Source: Asterias rubens
Taxonomy: Eukaryota
Length of the DNA stretch: 64,000 nucleotides
NCBI RefSeq assembly: GCF_902459465.1
Contig: NC_047068.1
Span: 19,778,001-19,842,000, forward strand
Direction of reading: 5' to 3'
Below, in pieces: positions 63,401 through 64,000 of the stretch (positions are counted from its first letter, which is position 1; every line of letters begins with the position of its first letter). A program made the translations under genes and the position numbers. The notes under the pieces were generated by a model. That model made no database searches, was not told the DNA's origin, and saw nothing but the letters and a program-made list of their open reading frames with translations.

Positions 63401-63743
63401 GGTTTGTGTAGTAAGACTGACAGCATAAGTCTACCTTAATTAAATGTCGTCTTCCTAGAAAAGAGAATTATTTCCAAATATAGCCCCGTAACTACAAACC
63501 TTCGTCAATGGTGAGAACGTTGTCCGGGTCACATACCCAAGTTACGTTGAGGTCTGTTGTGGGCGTCACGGTGGCCGACCGGTCCGCTGAAAACCCGCAG
63601 GCTCCCGGCTGTGCTTGCGGGTCAGGGTAGTCGGTGGCTAGCCAGCCCGCTGTCTGGCAAAATGTCGATCGGGTAAGGATACTTAAAACTAGAAAACACA
63701 CCAGGCCGAAGGCATGTAGAATACAGATGGCACGCTGTGGCAT
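45058..63743 (-). CDS. Gene B: MOLO-1-like TPM-domain single-pass protein, about 291 aa; join(63743-63500,58937-58787,53430-53307,45414-45058)
   Basis: Exons (244+151+124+357 = 876 nt) splice in frame with the same phases as gene A. Signal peptide; YPDP...CGF...WVCDPDNVLT; GYLIGVAVVDRM; WFSKQGCDDSAVVFY; MYISLGKKME; TM VVFAFTIPLLLLVLLTVMCLI. Confidence 0.82.
50033..50143. mobile_element. Short MITE with cattggccgccatcttt / aaagatggcggccgatg TIRs
   Basis: Inverted termini seen directly; similar termini at about 59403-59483. Confidence 0.55.
53307..53430 (-). CDS. Gene B coding exon 3 (RDFQPINVIAGDFAKATRLNWFSKQGCDDSAVVFYSRFSNE)
   Basis: gtccaccag acceptor and gtatgt donor; phase 2 to 0; not in the ORF track. 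Confidence 0.86.
53500..53860. mobile_element. K1 MITE copy
   Basis: ttaaggcactggacacctttggtaatt ... ccaatagtgcccagtgcctttaa. Confidence 0.75.
58131..58641. mobile_element. Composite of two K1 MITE pieces
   Basis: Two TTAAAGGCA starts (58131, 58259) and one ctttaa end. Confidence 0.75.
58787..58937 (-). CDS. Gene B coding exon 2 (AILLDNFLKSIFYQSPCDC...GYLIGVAVVDRMSFENYE)
   Basis: ttttctgcag acceptor and gtaaga donor; phase 1 to 2. Confidence 0.88.
58955..59400. repeat. Four tandem copies of a 126-136 bp unit next to gene B exon 2
   Basis: atatgaacaaagcaaa-like starts at about 58957, 59093, 59219 and 59347; tgacgtca-like motifs in the units. Confidence 0.8.
59700..60030 (-). mobile_element. 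tRNA-derived SINE family S3
   Basis: Minus strand gggttcgaatcccc...gacacttgtgtccttaag...cttcggatgggacgttaagccg; second copy at about 51690-51960 interrupted by a palindromic MITE. Confidence 0.6.
63500..63743 (-). CDS. Gene B coding exon 1
   Basis: ATG at 63743, 81 codons plus G|gtttgt donor; acceptor ttttgacag at 63765 implies an upstream UTR exon. Confidence 0.85.
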
Positions 63744-64000
63744 AGCAAACACAAAAAGACAAAACTGTCAAAAAGGAGAGGGCAAGCATGTATGCCAGGT
63801 CCGAGTCCGAATCCAATGTCCTTTGGTCAAACTCGACCCTCGAAGTTCAGGCCGGTAGGCCTAGTAAAGTTCACTGTACAGTTCCACAGTGTCACTTCAG
63901 CAAACACAAACTGGATAGTAGCACTGTAGTTTATGAAACACACGGTGCTTCTCAATTAATTGCTATAGAAATTCCATGATCATTGTGGTCCACAGAGTGA

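Overview
AT-rich eukaryotic (animal) genomic DNA with GT-AG introns. The repeat families suggest an echinoderm such as a sea star; this is an inference from familiarity with the repeats and was not tested. Three protein-coding genes can be assembled by hand with consistent splice phases. (1) The last five coding exons of ATAD5/Elg1 lie on + (444-5947). (2, 3) Two tandem minus-strand paralogues encode MOLO-1-like membrane proteins with a signal peptide and TPM domain (gene A 36229-31044, 251 aa; gene B 63743-45058, about 291 aa), sharing a four-coding-exon layout (phases 1, 2, 0). Between ATAD5 and gene A (about 8.9-27.3 kb) is an unusual non-coding block. It holds two convergent exon-like chains with no long ORF that share homologous exon sequence, 28-bp- and 56-bp-unit satellites, and a diverged inverted repeat pair around one satellite. 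It also holds a near-perfect 100-nt hairpin and a GC-rich, densely base-paired 340-nt core flanked by about 145-bp inverted arms. The rest is TE-rich: a 5'-truncated L1/Tx1 with TSD, TTAA-flanked Kolobok-like MITEs, palindromic MITEs and tRNA-derived SINEs. Most ORFs in the supplied track are spurious. All alignments and identities were made by eye; no searches were run.
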